Positions 18,979 through 28,760 of a stretch of DNA of 64,000 nt are shown one piece after another. The DNA comes from an uncultured bacterium (GTDB taxonomy: Bacteria; Patescibacteriota; Minisyncoccia; Phycocordibacterales; Phycocordibacteraceae). Numbering within the stretch: the stretch's first letter is position 1; each line of letters starts with the position of its first letter. The DNA is taken from the NCBI GenBank assembly GCA_963851445.1, contig CAWKPH010000001.1:159943-223942 (forward strand). The letters are read 5' to 3'. The notes under the pieces are model-generated. The model was not told where the DNA came from. It searched no databases and saw only the letters and a program-made list of their open reading frames with translations. The position numbers and the translations under genes are program-made.

Positions 18979-20049
18979 TCACGAGAATGTCGCCTTCACT
19001 TCTTGTGCAAGATTGGGGTTCCACATCGCACCGGTCGCTGACATGACGATATCTGCACCAGCCTCGCGGTACTCCTGAAAATCGGCCGTCGTCGTTACGC
19101 CGCCGACACCGATAATAGTGAAGTCAAGATTGAGTTCTTCACGAAGTGCCTTTAGTTTCTTCGCCATGGTAGTTCCCGCCCACTTGATCGAATGGCCGCA
19201 AACGCCGCTACGCAGTCTCCCTTCACCTGGTAGTGCCTGATTCCCCTCCGCATCGACAATCTCGGCCGCAATGGTATTTATCGCAGAAATTCCATCCACG
19301 ATTGGTCCCACTTTTGCGACAAAATCCCTAAGCGCATCGTCATCTTTGTAATAGGCGGTCTTCACGATGAGCGGCAAATCGCCAACTTCGTTTTTAATAG
19401 CGTCCGCTACGACGGCGCTTCGATCGATATCAAAACACAGGAGATGCGCTGTTCCCTCATTCGGACAGCTAAGATTCACTTCTATGACTTTGACGCCCGT
19501 CTCTTTGAGCAATCGCGCTGCTAATCGGAAATCATCGATATAACTCTCGACATCCCCGTCCACAGTCTTCGTTCCTTGGAAACCGCCTACGACGATCTGT
19601 CCGGGGCGCGTATTCTTGACGACACGAGCCAAATCCTCCTGCCAGAATTCTGGATCTTGCGACGGAACACCAAAAGAGTTCGTGATCGAAAGCGGCTCAT
19701 GATAGTTGTGGTTCGCGACCAACCTCCCGCTTGCCATTTCAAGCGTGAGGTCTCCAGGAATATCAACGGATAGGACGTTGGGCCATGGGTGACAAGGATG
19801 GGCTTTTGTGCGAACGGTTTTGTACGTCGCGATATCGAAACCTTTGTCGAGGGCTGCTTGAACAAAATTACCGTTGAGGAGCGGTCCTGCTGGGATTCCG
19901 AATGGCATATGAATCTTGTACCCAAAGAAATCATAGCGAGGATCTGTCTTGTCACTTAGCGCTTGTCCATTACCGAAATCACCAAAAGGGCCTTCTTTAA
20001 GATTTTCTTCGTAGGACTTTTCTGGATCGAAAAAGGGTTTGTGCAGCAT
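18979..20049 (-). CDS. pyrD: Dihydroorotate dehydrogenase family protein
   Basis: TIM-barrel flavoenzyme motifs (IIGVGGVTTTADFQEYREAGADIVMSATG). Placed between pyrC and pyrB. Confidence 0.65.
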   Translation of the reverse strand: MLHKPFFDPEKSYEENLKEGPFGDFGNGQALSDKTDPRYDFFGYKIHMPFGIPAGPLLNGNFVQAALDKGFDIATYKTVRTKAHPCHPWPNVLSVDIPGDLTLEMASGRLVANHNYHEPLSITNSFGVPSQDPEFWQEDLARVVKNTRPGQIVVGGFQGTKTVDGDVESYIDDFRLAARLLKETGVKVIEVNLSCPNEGTAHLLCFDIDRSAVVADAIKNEVGDLPLIVKTAYYKDDDALRDFVAKVGPIVDGISAINTIAAEIVDAEGNQALPGEGRLRSGVCGHSIKWAGTTMAKKLKALREELNLDFTIIGVGGVTTTADFQEYREAGADIVMSATGAMWNPNLAQEVKATFS

Positions 20050-20071
20050 GCTGGTGGTTAGCGAATTATCT

Positions 20072-21112
20072 TCATACGATTATCTTTCCATGGTCGAGCA
20101 ATTTCTTTCCGCGTAACACCACCGTCTCTACTTTCCCGTAAAGCGTCCAGCCATCGAACGGTGACCAGCCACACTTGCTCTCGTAGCCCTCTTCACCTGC
20201 GACATATTCCTTTTGAGGATCAAGCTCGATATAGGTATCCGGTTGATCAGGAACAGCAAATATAGCTTTCGGATTTGTATATAAGACCCTCGTCACATCA
20301 GCTTCGCCGATGCGTCCATCTTTCGCTGCTTTGAACATGAGGCCTACGGCGGTTTCAAGTCCTGGGACACCGAAGGCGGGCGGGTCTTTCTCTTTCTCTT
20401 CCTTAGTATGTGGCGCGTGATCTGTTTCGACGATATCGATCGTTCTTTCGATCAGTCCTTTCCAGAGGGCTTCTTGATCCTCCTTTGTACCAAGAGGCGG
20501 CTTCATGATGGCATATCCTTTTAGTGTTTCTCTTGCTTCAGCCGTCATGAAGAGGTGGTGCGGACAGACTCCCGCTGTGACACTTTGGCCTTTTATTTTG
20601 GCAAGTCTTACAAGCTCAACTTCGATAGCTTGGGTGATGTGGCAGACATGGATACGACGGTCGTACAAATTCCCGAGAGCGAGAACAGCTGCGAGCTGGA
20701 CGCCTTCAGCGTGCACAAGTATTGGCTTCTCGCTTTCCCATGCAGAGAATACTTTCTCCATAAGACCTAGATCCTCGATGAGCATGTCACCAGTCGTATG
20801 ATTGCAATAGAGCTTGAGTCCGAAGACACGGGGCGAAAGCATTACTGCCGCAAATTGCTCGGTATTCTTGCCGTTCGTTCCAAAATGGAATCCCACATCG
20901 CATAGCGCTTTACGCTGTACAAGTGCGATCTTTTCATCGAGACGCTCCTTGGTAATTGTCGGCGTAGGATTATTAGGCATATCGAGGATATAAGTGAAGC
21001 CACCTTTTATGGCTGATCTGCTCCCGGTATTGAAATCTTCTTTCTGTATTGCCCCCGGGTCGCGCAGGTGTACATGTGCATCGATGAACCCGGGAAATCG
21101 TTTGAGCGCCAT
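20072..21112 (-). CDS. pyrC: Dihydroorotase
   Basis: FIDAHVHLRDPG signature, amidohydrolase fold, 346 aa. Confidence 0.85.
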   Translation of the reverse strand: MALKRFPGFIDAHVHLRDPGAIQKEDFNTGSRSAIKGGFTYILDMPNNPTPTITKERLDEKIALVQRKALCDVGFHFGTNGKNTEQFAAVMLSPRVFGLKLYCNHTTGDMLIEDLGLMEKVFSAWESEKPILVHAEGVQLAAVLALGNLYDRRIHVCHITQAIEVELVRLAKIKGQSVTAGVCPHHLFMTAEARETLKGYAIMKPPLGTKEDQEALWKGLIERTIDIVETDHAPHTKEEKEKDPPAFGVPGLETAVGLMFKAAKDGRIGEADVTRVLYTNPKAIFAVPDQPDTYIELDPQKEYVAGEEGYESKCGWSPFDGWTLYGKVETVVLRGKKLLDHGKIIV

Positions 21113-21201
21113 GGTTGGTTTTTCCCATAGTACTACATAGTTCGTTTTCTTTTATTCATTTTATTTACAGGTTCCTTCCGACAGGATATGCTCGAGGGAC
21201 T

Positions 21202-22077
21202 ATGTCACGACAACGGTTACTTAAAATGGCCAAATTCATCGGTGTATGCCTTGTTTGCATCTTCGCAGCCATCGGCTTTACGCTGGTTGCTGGGTATGTC
21301 GCGCTGGAGCTCGGCCTTACCAAAACCCCGGGAATTATAGACATGCAGCGCACAGCATTTCTCGATAGTGGCACCTCTACATCAACAGCAGATTTAGCTC
21401 CTGAATATCCTAATGGAACACCTTGGCAAAATACGCAGGAATGGGCAGTGCTCGCAGCTGCAATCACGAAAGATGCGCCGGTGATCGACCAGGCTGCTGC
21501 TGCGTCTGGAGTACCTGCGCGCCTCATTGTTGCGAATCTTATCGTTGAGCAACTGCGACTTTTCTTCACTGAACGAGGCTACTATGAACAATTCTTTGCG
21601 CCTTTGAAGATTCTCGGCGCACAGACACAATTCTCGTGGGGCGTCATGGGAATGAAAGACGACACAGCAACTGAGGTAGAGAGCAACCTTACAAATCCTT
21701 CTTCGCCCTTTTATCCAGGGGCCCAGTATCAGCACCTTCTTGACTACAGCGCGACTTCCACAGCATTAGACAGTATCGATGATCAGCGATTTGCTCGACT
21801 AACTGATCAAGACAATCATTACTACAGTTATCTCTATGCAGGTCTGTACTTAAAGGAAATAGAAACACAGTGGCAGAACGCTGGCTTCCCTATCGCAAAT
21901 CGTCCTGATATTCTCTCCACGCTCTATAACATTGGCTTCCAATACTCAATGCCCAAAGCAAATCCAGAAGTTGGTGGTGCTGCAATAGCTATCAATGGGG
22001 TTACCTATAGTTTTGGCGGTCTTGCGAATCAATTCTACGAGTCCAATCTACTGACGAATCTCTTCCCTATACAGTAA
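21202..22077 (+). CDS. Hypothetical membrane-anchored protein
   Basis: Start taken at MSRQRLLKMAKF. One TM helix, then a 250-aa extracytoplasmic domain. No recognised motif. Confidence 0.5.
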   Translation: MSRQRLLKMAKFIGVCLVCIFAAIGFTLVAGYVALELGLTKTPGIIDMQRTAFLDSGTSTSTADLAPEYPNGTPWQNTQEWAVLAAAITKDAPVIDQAAAASGVPARLIVANLIVEQLRLFFTERGYYEQFFAPLKILGAQTQFSWGVMGMKDDTATEVESNLTNPSSPFYPGAQYQHLLDYSATSTALDSIDDQRFARLTDQDNHYYSYLYAGLYLKEIETQWQNAGFPIANRPDILSTLYNIGFQYSMPKANPEVGGAAIAINGVTYSFGGLANQFYESNLLTNLFPIQ

Positions 22078-22115
22078 ATTGAAGCTGCAGCCGCCATGCG
22101 GTAAGCTAAGTGAAC

Positions 22116-22189
22116 CCATCCTTAGCTCAGTTGGTTAGAGCATCGAGCTTATACCTCGAGGGTCCCTGGTTCGAGTCCAGGAGGATGGA
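22116..22189 (+). tRNA. tRNA with anticodon UAU (would read AUA; tRNA-Ile-like), no encoded CCA
   Basis: Acceptor CCATCCT/AGGATGG, D-arm GCTCAGTTGGTTAGAGC, anticodon stem TCGAG/CTCGA with loop CTTATAC, T-arm CCTGGTTCGAGTCCAGG. Confidence 0.7.
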
Positions 22190-22233
22190 CCGATTATGCT
22201 ATGCTTGGGTGCATATAATAAAGTATAGAGATT

Positions 22234-22482
22234 ATGTCTATTGAAGATCCTTTCAGATCAGGAGAAGTCTCACCAGAGGATGTGAATGCGGCTCTTGAGT
22301 CTTTGAGACAAACATACTTTCATCCACTCGACTCAAATTCCGACAGTGAGGCATGGAGAGAGGCATGGAGAGCGGCCGTTGCATACTATAAAACACAAGG
22401 TGTCGATGCGCTCGACGGAGCTCCAAGAAACTTTGAGAAGGTACTAGAAAGTAAGGGCGTTAAGGTTGAAGAAGGATATTAA
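22234..22482 (+). CDS. Small hypothetical protein
   Basis: 82-aa ORF convergent with ftsH. No recognisable motif. Confidence 0.35.
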   Translation: MSIEDPFRSGEVSPEDVNAALESLRQTYFHPLDSNSDSEAWREAWRAAVAYYKTQGVDALDGAPRNFEKVLESKGVKVEEGY

Positions 22483-22493
22483 GCAAGAGATAT

Positions 22494-24527
22494 TTATCCT
22501 AAAGCGTTTCCTTCGATTTCGTCCCCACTCTTTTTAAGATTCTCCTGGATAATTACACCTGTTTCGTCTTCTTTCTTTTTTGGCGTGATGCCATTAAGTA
22601 TAAGTAGTTTTTCGAATTCTTCACGTTCGAGAGTCTCTACCTCAACAAGTCTGAGTGCAATTGAATCAAGCGCCTTGCGGTGGGTTGTGATGACTTCAGT
22701 CGCCATTCGTTTACCATCTTCAATGAGACGCGCGACCTCTGAATCTATCTTTGCAGCAAGCTCTTGTGAATAAACCTCATTGCCAAATGAATTACGCTCC
22801 ACAGCGAACGCTGCAGGACCAATCGCGTCGCTCATACCATACTTAGAAACCATATCGCGTGCGAGACCAGTCGCAACGGCAAGGTCATTTGATGGCCCGG
22901 TTGTAAGATCATCGAAAATAAGGACCTCGGCTGCGTATCCACCAAGCATGGTCGCCAAATCATCGATAAATTCCTTCTTCGAAGGCATCTTCTTGTCCTC
23001 GAATGGAAGTTTAAGTGTGTAACCGCCCGCTCGCCCACGGCTAATAATTGAAACTTTGTGGACAGGATCGGCGTAGGGAAGAACGGATGAAACCAGTGCG
23101 TGTCCTGCTTCGTGATAGGCCGTGATTTTCTTTTCCTTACGCGAGAGAAGGTGTGATTTACGTTCAGGACCAAGCATCACTTTCTCGATGGAACGCAGCA
23201 AATCGTACTGCGTAATCTCTTTACGATTCTCACGCGCCGCAAGAATTGCTGCTTCGTTCATAAGTGAATAGAGTTCGGCGCCCGAAAATCCCGGTGTGCG
23301 CTCCGCAAGGACCGCTAGGTTCACGTCGGGACCAAATGGTTTCTTGCGCGCGTGCACTGCAAGTATCTCTTCGCGATCTTTGCGATCAGGAAGATCGATG
23401 GTAACGCGACGATCGAAACGTCCTGGCCGTAGAAGTGCTGGATCGAGTACATCAGGACGGTTTGTTGCAGCCATGACAATAACTTTTTCAGTCGGCTCGA
23501 ACCCGTCCATTTCAACAAGGATTTGATTAAGTGTCTGTTCACGCTCATCGTTTCCTCCCCCTACGCCTGAGCCACGCATGCGACCGACAGCATCGATTTC
23601 ATCTACAAAAATAATTGCAGGAGCAGAACGCTTTGCAAGCTGGAACAAATCTCGGACACGTGACGCACCAACGCCTACAAACATCTCAACAAATTCTGAA
23701 CCCGAAATCGAGAAGAATGGCACGCCCGCCTCCCCCGCGACTGCTCGTGCAAGCAGCGTCTTTCCGGTACCTGGAGCACCCATTAACAAAATGCCTTTAG
23801 GTATTCTTGCACCAATATCCAGGAACTTCTTAGGATTCTTCAAGAAATCAACAATTTCGAGCAACTCTTCTTTTGCCTCTTTTGCACCAGCAACGTCTGC
23901 AAACGTAACACGCTGATTTGTGTCGGCAGGATCAATCATGCGCGCCTTAGATTGTCCAAACGTGAATGCCTGCATACCAGCACCGCGCACCTGACGAATG
24001 AGAAACCAGAATAGGACTGCAATGAGGATAATCGGCAATATGATGGGCGCGAGCTCGACGAGCCAATACATAAATCCTGATTGGTCGGTAATTGAGAGAT
24101 TTACCGCAGAAAGTTCTTGCGGTGTAACACCGTACGGAACGAGCGTTTGTGGGAGTGCGTCATCAGGGTCCTTCATTGAGGTCTTCTGACTGCCGTCCTT
24201 ATAGGTGAGCGTAAGGTCATTGCCTGAGACGACAAGTGTCGTCACATCTCCCGATTTAATATCGTTTGCAACCTGTGAGAGTGATATAACTGGCTTTGAT
24301 TTCGTGCCGGTAGCAATGAGTGTGTAGGCACTCATGAGAAGGAGGAATATGAGGATTATGGAAACAAGATTGCTCGTGAAGCCCCCGCCAGGCGTTAGCC
24401 AGTTTCGAGGACCGGTATCCTTGCCAGTCCCTCCTGTATTACTGCCCTGGACGGGTCTTTTGCCGCCACCTCTTTTATCGGTGGGTGGCTTCTGTTTAGT
24501 AGGCGCCATAGTGAAGACACTATACAA
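22494..24527 (-). CDS. ftsH: ATP-dependent zinc metalloprotease FtsH
   Basis: Two N-terminal TMs, AAA Walker [19 protein letters not shown] zinc motif. 677 aa. Confidence 0.9.
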   Translation of the reverse strand: MYSVFTMAPTKQKPPTDKRGGGKRPVQGSNTGGTGKDTGPRNWLTPGGGFTSNLVSIILIFLLLMSAYTLIATGTKSKPVISLSQVANDIKSGDVTTLVVSGNDLTLTYKDGSQKTSMKDPDDALPQTLVPYGVTPQELSAVNLSITDQSGFMYWLVELAPIILPIILIAVLFWFLIRQVRGAGMQAFTFGQSKARMIDPADTNQRVTFADVAGAKEAKEELLEIVDFLKNPKKFLDIGARIPKGILLMGAPGTGKTLLARAVAGEAGVPFFSISGSEFVEMFVGVGASRVRDLFQLAKRSAPAIIFVDEIDAVGRMRGSGVGGGNDEREQTLNQILVEMDGFEPTEKVIVMAATNRPDVLDPALLRPGRFDRRVTIDLPDRKDREEILAVHARKKPFGPDVNLAVLAERTPGFSGAELYSLMNEAAILAARENRKEITQYDLLRSIEKVMLGPERKSHLLSRKEKKITAYHEAGHALVSSVLPYADPVHKVSIISRGRAGGYTLKLPFEDKKMPSKKEFIDDLATMLGGYAAEVLIFDDLTTGPSNDLAVATGLARDMVSKYGMSDAIGPAAFAVERNSFGNEVYSQELAAKIDSEVARLIEDGKRMATEVITTHRKALDSIALRLVEVETLEREEFEKLLILNGITPKKKEDETGVIIQENLKKSGDEIEGNALG

Positions 24528-24582
24528 TGAGTGGCACGAGATGGAAACTCGGTGATGAAATCCTTATACGAGCTTGTGATAT

Positions 24583-25026
24583 ATGACCTATATTGAAAAC
24601 AAGAAAGCCCGGCTGCGGTTCTCAGTTTTGGAGACATTCCAAGCAGGAATTGAGCTGTCAGGATCTGAAGTAAAGGCTATACGGAGCAAGCTCGGGAGTA
24701 TTGAGGGTGCCCGGGTATTGGTACGAGGAGGCGAAGCGTACATTGTAGGAATGACGGTGCCGCCGTACCAAGCGGCCAATACTGCCGCTGCCTATGATCC
24801 TGAACATACACGTAGACTTTTGCTTTCGAAGAAAGAAATCGCGCAATTAGCAGAGTCCGAAGCAAAAAAGGGCTTGACAACAGTGCCTTTAGAAGTGTAT
24901 AATGCGGGAAGATATATCAAAGTTCGCGTGGCGATCGTACGAGGTAAACGTAAAGAAGACCGTCGCGAAGAACTAAAGAAGAAGGATGCGGAGCGTGAGA
25001 GTGCTCGCGTCCTAAAACGTACCTAA
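24583..25026 (+). CDS. smpB: SsrA-binding protein SmpB
   Basis: Full-length SmpB fold (ARLRFSVLETFQAGIELSGSEVKAIR...). tmRNA gene follows immediately. Confidence 0.9.
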   Translation: MTYIENKKARLRFSVLETFQAGIELSGSEVKAIRSKLGSIEGARVLVRGGEAYIVGMTVPPYQAANTAAAYDPEHTRRLLLSKKEIAQLAESEAKKGLTTVPLEVYNAGRYIKVRVAIVRGKRKEDRREELKKKDAERESARVLKRT

Positions 25027-25064
25027 GCCACTCGCAGAGAGCAGGAAATGATTTTCTCTTCTCT

Positions 25065-25476
25065 GGGGGTGACTGGTTTTGACGGTCTGCTCTTTGAAAG
25101 ACGTGCGACGCGATGGAAGCTTGTTGACCATCTAAATCTCGCAAGCACCTAAACTTGCTAACAATTCTGTTGCAAGCGCAAAGCTTTCACCTTTCCAGAT
25201 GAAAGATTTTGCGTTCGCGTACGTAGGAGCTCGAGCGTAAGCTCGCTTCGCCTATGCGACGTTCACTAACCCCGGGTTCCTATAGCCGGATTAGTGGGCG
25301 GAATCTTCTATAGGATCGGTAGTCGTGTGCCCACACGTACTGTCTAAACTACGGGCGTAGATGTACAGGGTTTCGTTTCCGTTTTTACCTGTACATTGAA
25401 ACTTCAATTGAAACTATGCGTCGTAGATTCGCTTTCAAAGCCGGATTCGGACGGGAGTTCAACCTCCCCACCTCCA
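25065..25476 (+). ncRNA. ssrA: tmRNA (SsrA)
   Basis: 5' GGGGGUGACUGGUUUUGACGG and 3' GGACGGGAGUUCAACCUCCCCACCUCCA-A-CCG form the tRNA-Ala-like acceptor with the G3:U70 wobble pair. Tag ORF starts about 92 nt in (GCU AAC ...) and stops with UAA at 25238-25240. Lies directly after smpB. Confidence 0.75.
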
Positions 25477-25483
25477 CCGATAT

Positions 25484-25520
25484 AAAAAGAGCACCTCACA
25501 ATAGTGAGGTGCTCTTTTTA
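25484..25520. terminator. Bidirectional rho-independent terminator
   Basis: AAAAAGAGCACCTCAC-AATA-GTGAGGTGCTCTTTTT, with A-tract and T-tract flanks. Ends ssrA and the convergent small gene. Confidence 0.65.
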
Positions 25521-25527
25521 TATACAT

Positions 25528-25773
25528 TTAGTATCCTGACTGCGGCATTGGTCCGCGCATCATCATGTGAGGAGCACCCATTCCTGTGCTGCTCCAGGAT
25601 GCTATGGTGAGCACTTCAATCGTGCGCTGATACTGCGTACCGATATAGAACGCAAGAACCGGAATAATAAGTAGAAATACCAAAAGTGCCCAGAGACGCG
25701 AGTACCACGTGACTCGGTTCCATTCGAGACCGTTACGAGTACTGGAACGTGAAGATTTTGTTTTGTTTGCCAT
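25528..25773 (-). CDS. Small membrane protein
   Basis: 81 aa. Basic N-terminus then a TM helix (LWALLVFLLIIPVLAFYIG). Confidence 0.4.
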   Translation of the reverse strand: MANKTKSSRSSTRNGLEWNRVTWYSRLWALLVFLLIIPVLAFYIGTQYQRTIEVLTIASWSSTGMGAPHMMMRGPMPQSGY

Positions 25774-25927
25774 ATTAGTATCATAACTGAGAAGAATCTT
25801 GCGGTGCGCGTAAAAGCTCTTAGGCTGTGTATAATTCGCGTTCTTCGCCTATCCCCATGCGGCGGTAAAATATATTTTTGATGCCCATACTTCTCTTATA
25901 CTTAGTACATATCCTTAATGACCTCTT

Positions 25928-26914
25928 ATGAGCACTAATTCATCCGCTGCGCATTCCGCACCGCAATTCCCAAGCACACTCGATCTCTTTCGAGATGGCT
26001 ATCAGATATTTAAACAGGAGTGGAAGGTTTTCCTCCGGCTTGGTCTTGCTTATATTGGTGCACTTATCTTCTTCATAGTTGTTGTAGGAACGTTGTTCTC
26101 AGTTGCCGCACCTGCTCTCTCAAGCCTTGGCGTACTGGGCGCTCTCATTTTCGTCCTCATAGGACTTGTGGGCTTAATCTTTTTCTACTGGCTCTTGTCG
26201 TGTGTGATGCTCACGATCTTGTATGTAATTCAGAAAAACGGAAAACCACTGGATGTGACAGACCTATTTATGAAAGCGCGCCATCACGTATGGTCATTCA
26301 TATGGGTAAATATTCTTACGCTACTTGTAGTTCTTGGGTTGGTCGTACTTCTTGCTATGGCTTCCTTTATTGTTTTTGGACCACTTGCGATCATGTTGCC
26401 GGCAGCGCTCACGTTCGTCTCCCAGGTTGCCGTGTTCTTCATGCTTGTAGCCGCTGCTCTTCTCGCAGACACCTGGTTTGGATTTACCACATGGACCTTC
26501 GTCGACAAGGATGCCCGCGGACTTCAAGCGATTGCGTTTAGCCGACACCTTTCACATCACCACTTTGTAGATATTGCGTGGCGACTCTTTTGGATAGCAC
26601 TCGTATACGTTGCAATTGATCTCGTAGTCAAACATGTCCTGGGGGCGCTCTTCTTCGTACTTCCTGGTCGCCTTGACCAAGTGCTTACAGGAATTATTAG
26701 CGACTGTGTAGTAATTCTATTGTTGGTTCCTATACTTGGTAGCGCTCTCTTCTCGCTCTATAAGTCAGCTGAAAAAGCAGTGGGTGACGCAGATACAGAC
26801 TCTGCCGATTATGGAGAACATCGCGGCATACTGATCGTTCTAGCGACAATTGGTCTCCTTACGATGCTTGCGAGCGTTAGCATATTCATCGCAAGTGCCA
26901 GATTTATTCTCTAA
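25928..26914 (+). CDS. Polytopic membrane protein (hypothetical)
   Basis: 328 aa with about six predicted TM helices. Confidence 0.6.
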   Translation: MSTNSSAAHSAPQFPSTLDLFRDGYQIFKQEWKVFLRLGLAYIGALIFFIVVVGTLFSVAAPALSSLGVLGALIFVLIGLVGLIFFYWLLSCVMLTILYVIQKNGKPLDVTDLFMKARHHVWSFIWVNILTLLVVLGLVVLLAMASFIVFGPLAIMLPAALTFVSQVAVFFMLVAAALLADTWFGFTTWTFVDKDARGLQAIAFSRHLSHHHFVDIAWRLFWIALVYVAIDLVVKHVLGALFFVLPGRLDQVLTGIISDCVVILLLVPILGSALFSLYKSAEKAVGDADTDSADYGEHRGILIVLATIGLLTMLASVSIFIASARFIL

Positions 26915-26940
26915 TAGCGGACACTCCTTCGCTATAAAGC

Positions 26941-27531
26941 TTATAAACTCCCCTCCCTCTTAACCTGCTTATCAAAACCAATATAAGAATATTCAAGGTC
27001 ATTAATACCGTACATCTTGAATACCTGAGTTGCTGAGCATATTTTTGCTTCTTTTGGGTCAAAGCCGAGCTCTCGCGCAGCTTCCTCAATGGCTTCCATC
27101 GAGGGGCCCTCAATCTCAAGATAAGTAGGCAGGAGTGGCCATGTATCGATATCGTATTCAATATCGCCTTTTTTGTAGCGTACACGTTTCTTTTCTTGGT
27201 AGAACTTCTCTATCATGCCTATACGCTGAAGAATGAGCGTCGCGCGTTCGAAGTCTGATACTTTCACTTCTATTTCTTCCATACCTTCGTCAGGAATACT
27301 CGCGTCGGAAGACTTGACTCCAAGGCGTTGTTTGTAGGAAAACTCGACTTCTTTTCCGTCGTCTCGAAGTCGTACCCACGCATACTTCTCGGTAGCAAGC
27401 GGTAACCCAGGAAAATCAAAGGCGCGAATGCGGTAGAAGAAATCATCGGTGTGGGTGGCACCGATTGAAAGTAGTTTGTCCTCGAGAGCCTGTTGGTCTA
27501 TCTCAAGAAACTTAATTTCTATTTCGTGCAT
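26941..27531 (-). CDS. CYTH-domain protein (class IV adenylyl cyclase/triphosphate tunnel metalloenzyme family)
   Basis: N-terminal EIEIKFL motif and acidic tunnel residues. 196 aa. Confidence 0.7.
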   Translation of the reverse strand: MHEIEIKFLEIDQQALEDKLLSIGATHTDDFFYRIRAFDFPGLPLATEKYAWVRLRDDGKEVEFSYKQRLGVKSSDASIPDEGMEEIEVKVSDFERATLILQRIGMIEKFYQEKKRVRYKKGDIEYDIDTWPLLPTYLEIEGPSMEAIEEAARELGFDPKEAKICSATQVFKMYGINDLEYSYIGFDKQVKREGSL

Positions 27532-27628
27532 GAGGTTAGTATAACTTAAGCATAGTTCAAAGCCGTACTCCGGTGCCTTGTTCTGGTAATTATCCTTAAT
27601 TTATGCTATGGTTTGGTGACATACTACT

Positions 27629-28183
27629 TTGTCTGACGTACGAACCCGCATAAATAAAGAGATACGCGCAAGTGAACTTCGCGTCATCGGAGCCGAGGGA
27701 GAAAACCTGGGCGTTTTGTCTTTTGCGGCCGCACTAAAGGCAGCAGAAACGGCGGGCCTCGACCTTATTGAAATCTCTCCAAACGCCGTCCCGCCGGTTG
27801 CGAAAGTCATGGATTATGGTAAATTTCAGTACGAGCAGAAGAAACGGGAGGGTGCCGCTCGGGCCAAGGCCAAGATTTCAGAAACCAAGGAAGTACAGAT
27901 CAAGGTAGGCACGGGCGAAAATGACATGCGACTCAAGGCACGAAAAGCCGCTGAATGGCTTGCAGAGGGTCATCGCGTACGCATGGAGCTTTTCCTCAAG
28001 GGTCGTTACAAAGCTATGGATGAGGCATTCCTCAAGACACGGCTTGAGAAGTTCATGCTCCTCATTCCGTACGCATATCGCGTTGCCGAACCCATTGCCA
28101 AAGCCCCGAAGGGTTTCGCAGCCATTATTGAGCGCGATCCGAAGGCTACGACAGGTGCAGCAGTTCAAAAGTCAGACAATTAA
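27629..28183 (+). CDS. infC: Translation initiation factor IF-3
   Basis: TTG start. VRTRINKEIRASELRVIGAEGENLGVL... and YGKFQYEQKK motifs. Followed by rpmI and rplT (canonical operon). Confidence 0.85.
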   Translation: MSDVRTRINKEIRASELRVIGAEGENLGVLSFAAALKAAETAGLDLIEISPNAVPPVAKVMDYGKFQYEQKKREGAARAKAKISETKEVQIKVGTGENDMRLKARKAAEWLAEGHRVRMELFLKGRYKAMDEAFLKTRLEKFMLLIPYAYRVAEPIAKAPKGFAAIIERDPKATTGAAVQKSDN

Positions 28184-28187
28184 TTTC

Positions 28188-28373
28188 ATGAAAACAACCA
28201 AATCATATTCAAAGCGCATCAAGGTGACCCGTAAGGGGAAGCTTATTTCGCGCCGCCCTGGGCAGGACCATTTCAATGCGAAGGCATCAGGCGGACAACG
28301 CCAGGCAAAGCGCCGCACCCAGGGCCTTACGGTTACTACCCGTGTGCGCCGGCGTTTTCTTGCCGGAAAGTAG
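28188..28373 (+). CDS. rpmI: 50S ribosomal protein L35
   Basis: MKTTKSYSKRIKVTRKGKLISRRPGQDHFNAK..., 61 aa. Internal start within a longer track ORF. Confidence 0.8.
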   Translation: MKTTKSYSKRIKVTRKGKLISRRPGQDHFNAKASGGQRQAKRRTQGLTVTTRVRRRFLAGK

Positions 28374-28409
28374 CCCATTTGCTAGTATTTTCTGACTAAT
28401 TGATTTTCT

Positions 28410-28760
28410 ATGCCACGTGTAAAAGGAGGACTTATATCGCAGAAGCGTCGCCGCAACGTACTCAAGCGTGCCAAGGGCTATCGCCATGGCAGGGGTACCA
28501 AGGAGCGCCAGGCTAAGGAGTCATTAGTTCATGCAGGAAAGAATGCTTTCGCACACCGCAAGGATAAGAAAAGTGATTACCGCTCCCTTTGGATAGTGCG
28601 TCTTAATGCGGCAGTTCGCGAAAACGGCTTCAAATCGTACAGCACCTTCATCAGTGCTCTAAAAAAGCAGAATATCGAGCTTGACCGCAAGGTGCTCGCC
28701 GAATTCGCTCAGAAGGAACCTGAAATTTTCACGCGCATCGTGAAAAAAGTGAACGTCTAG
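28410..28760 (+). CDS. rplT: 50S ribosomal protein L20
   Basis: MPRVKGGLISQKRRRNVLKRAKGYRHGRG..., 116 aa. Confidence 0.9.
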   Translation: MPRVKGGLISQKRRRNVLKRAKGYRHGRGTKERQAKESLVHAGKNAFAHRKDKKSDYRSLWIVRLNAAVRENGFKSYSTFISALKKQNIELDRKVLAEFAQKEPEIFTRIVKKVNV

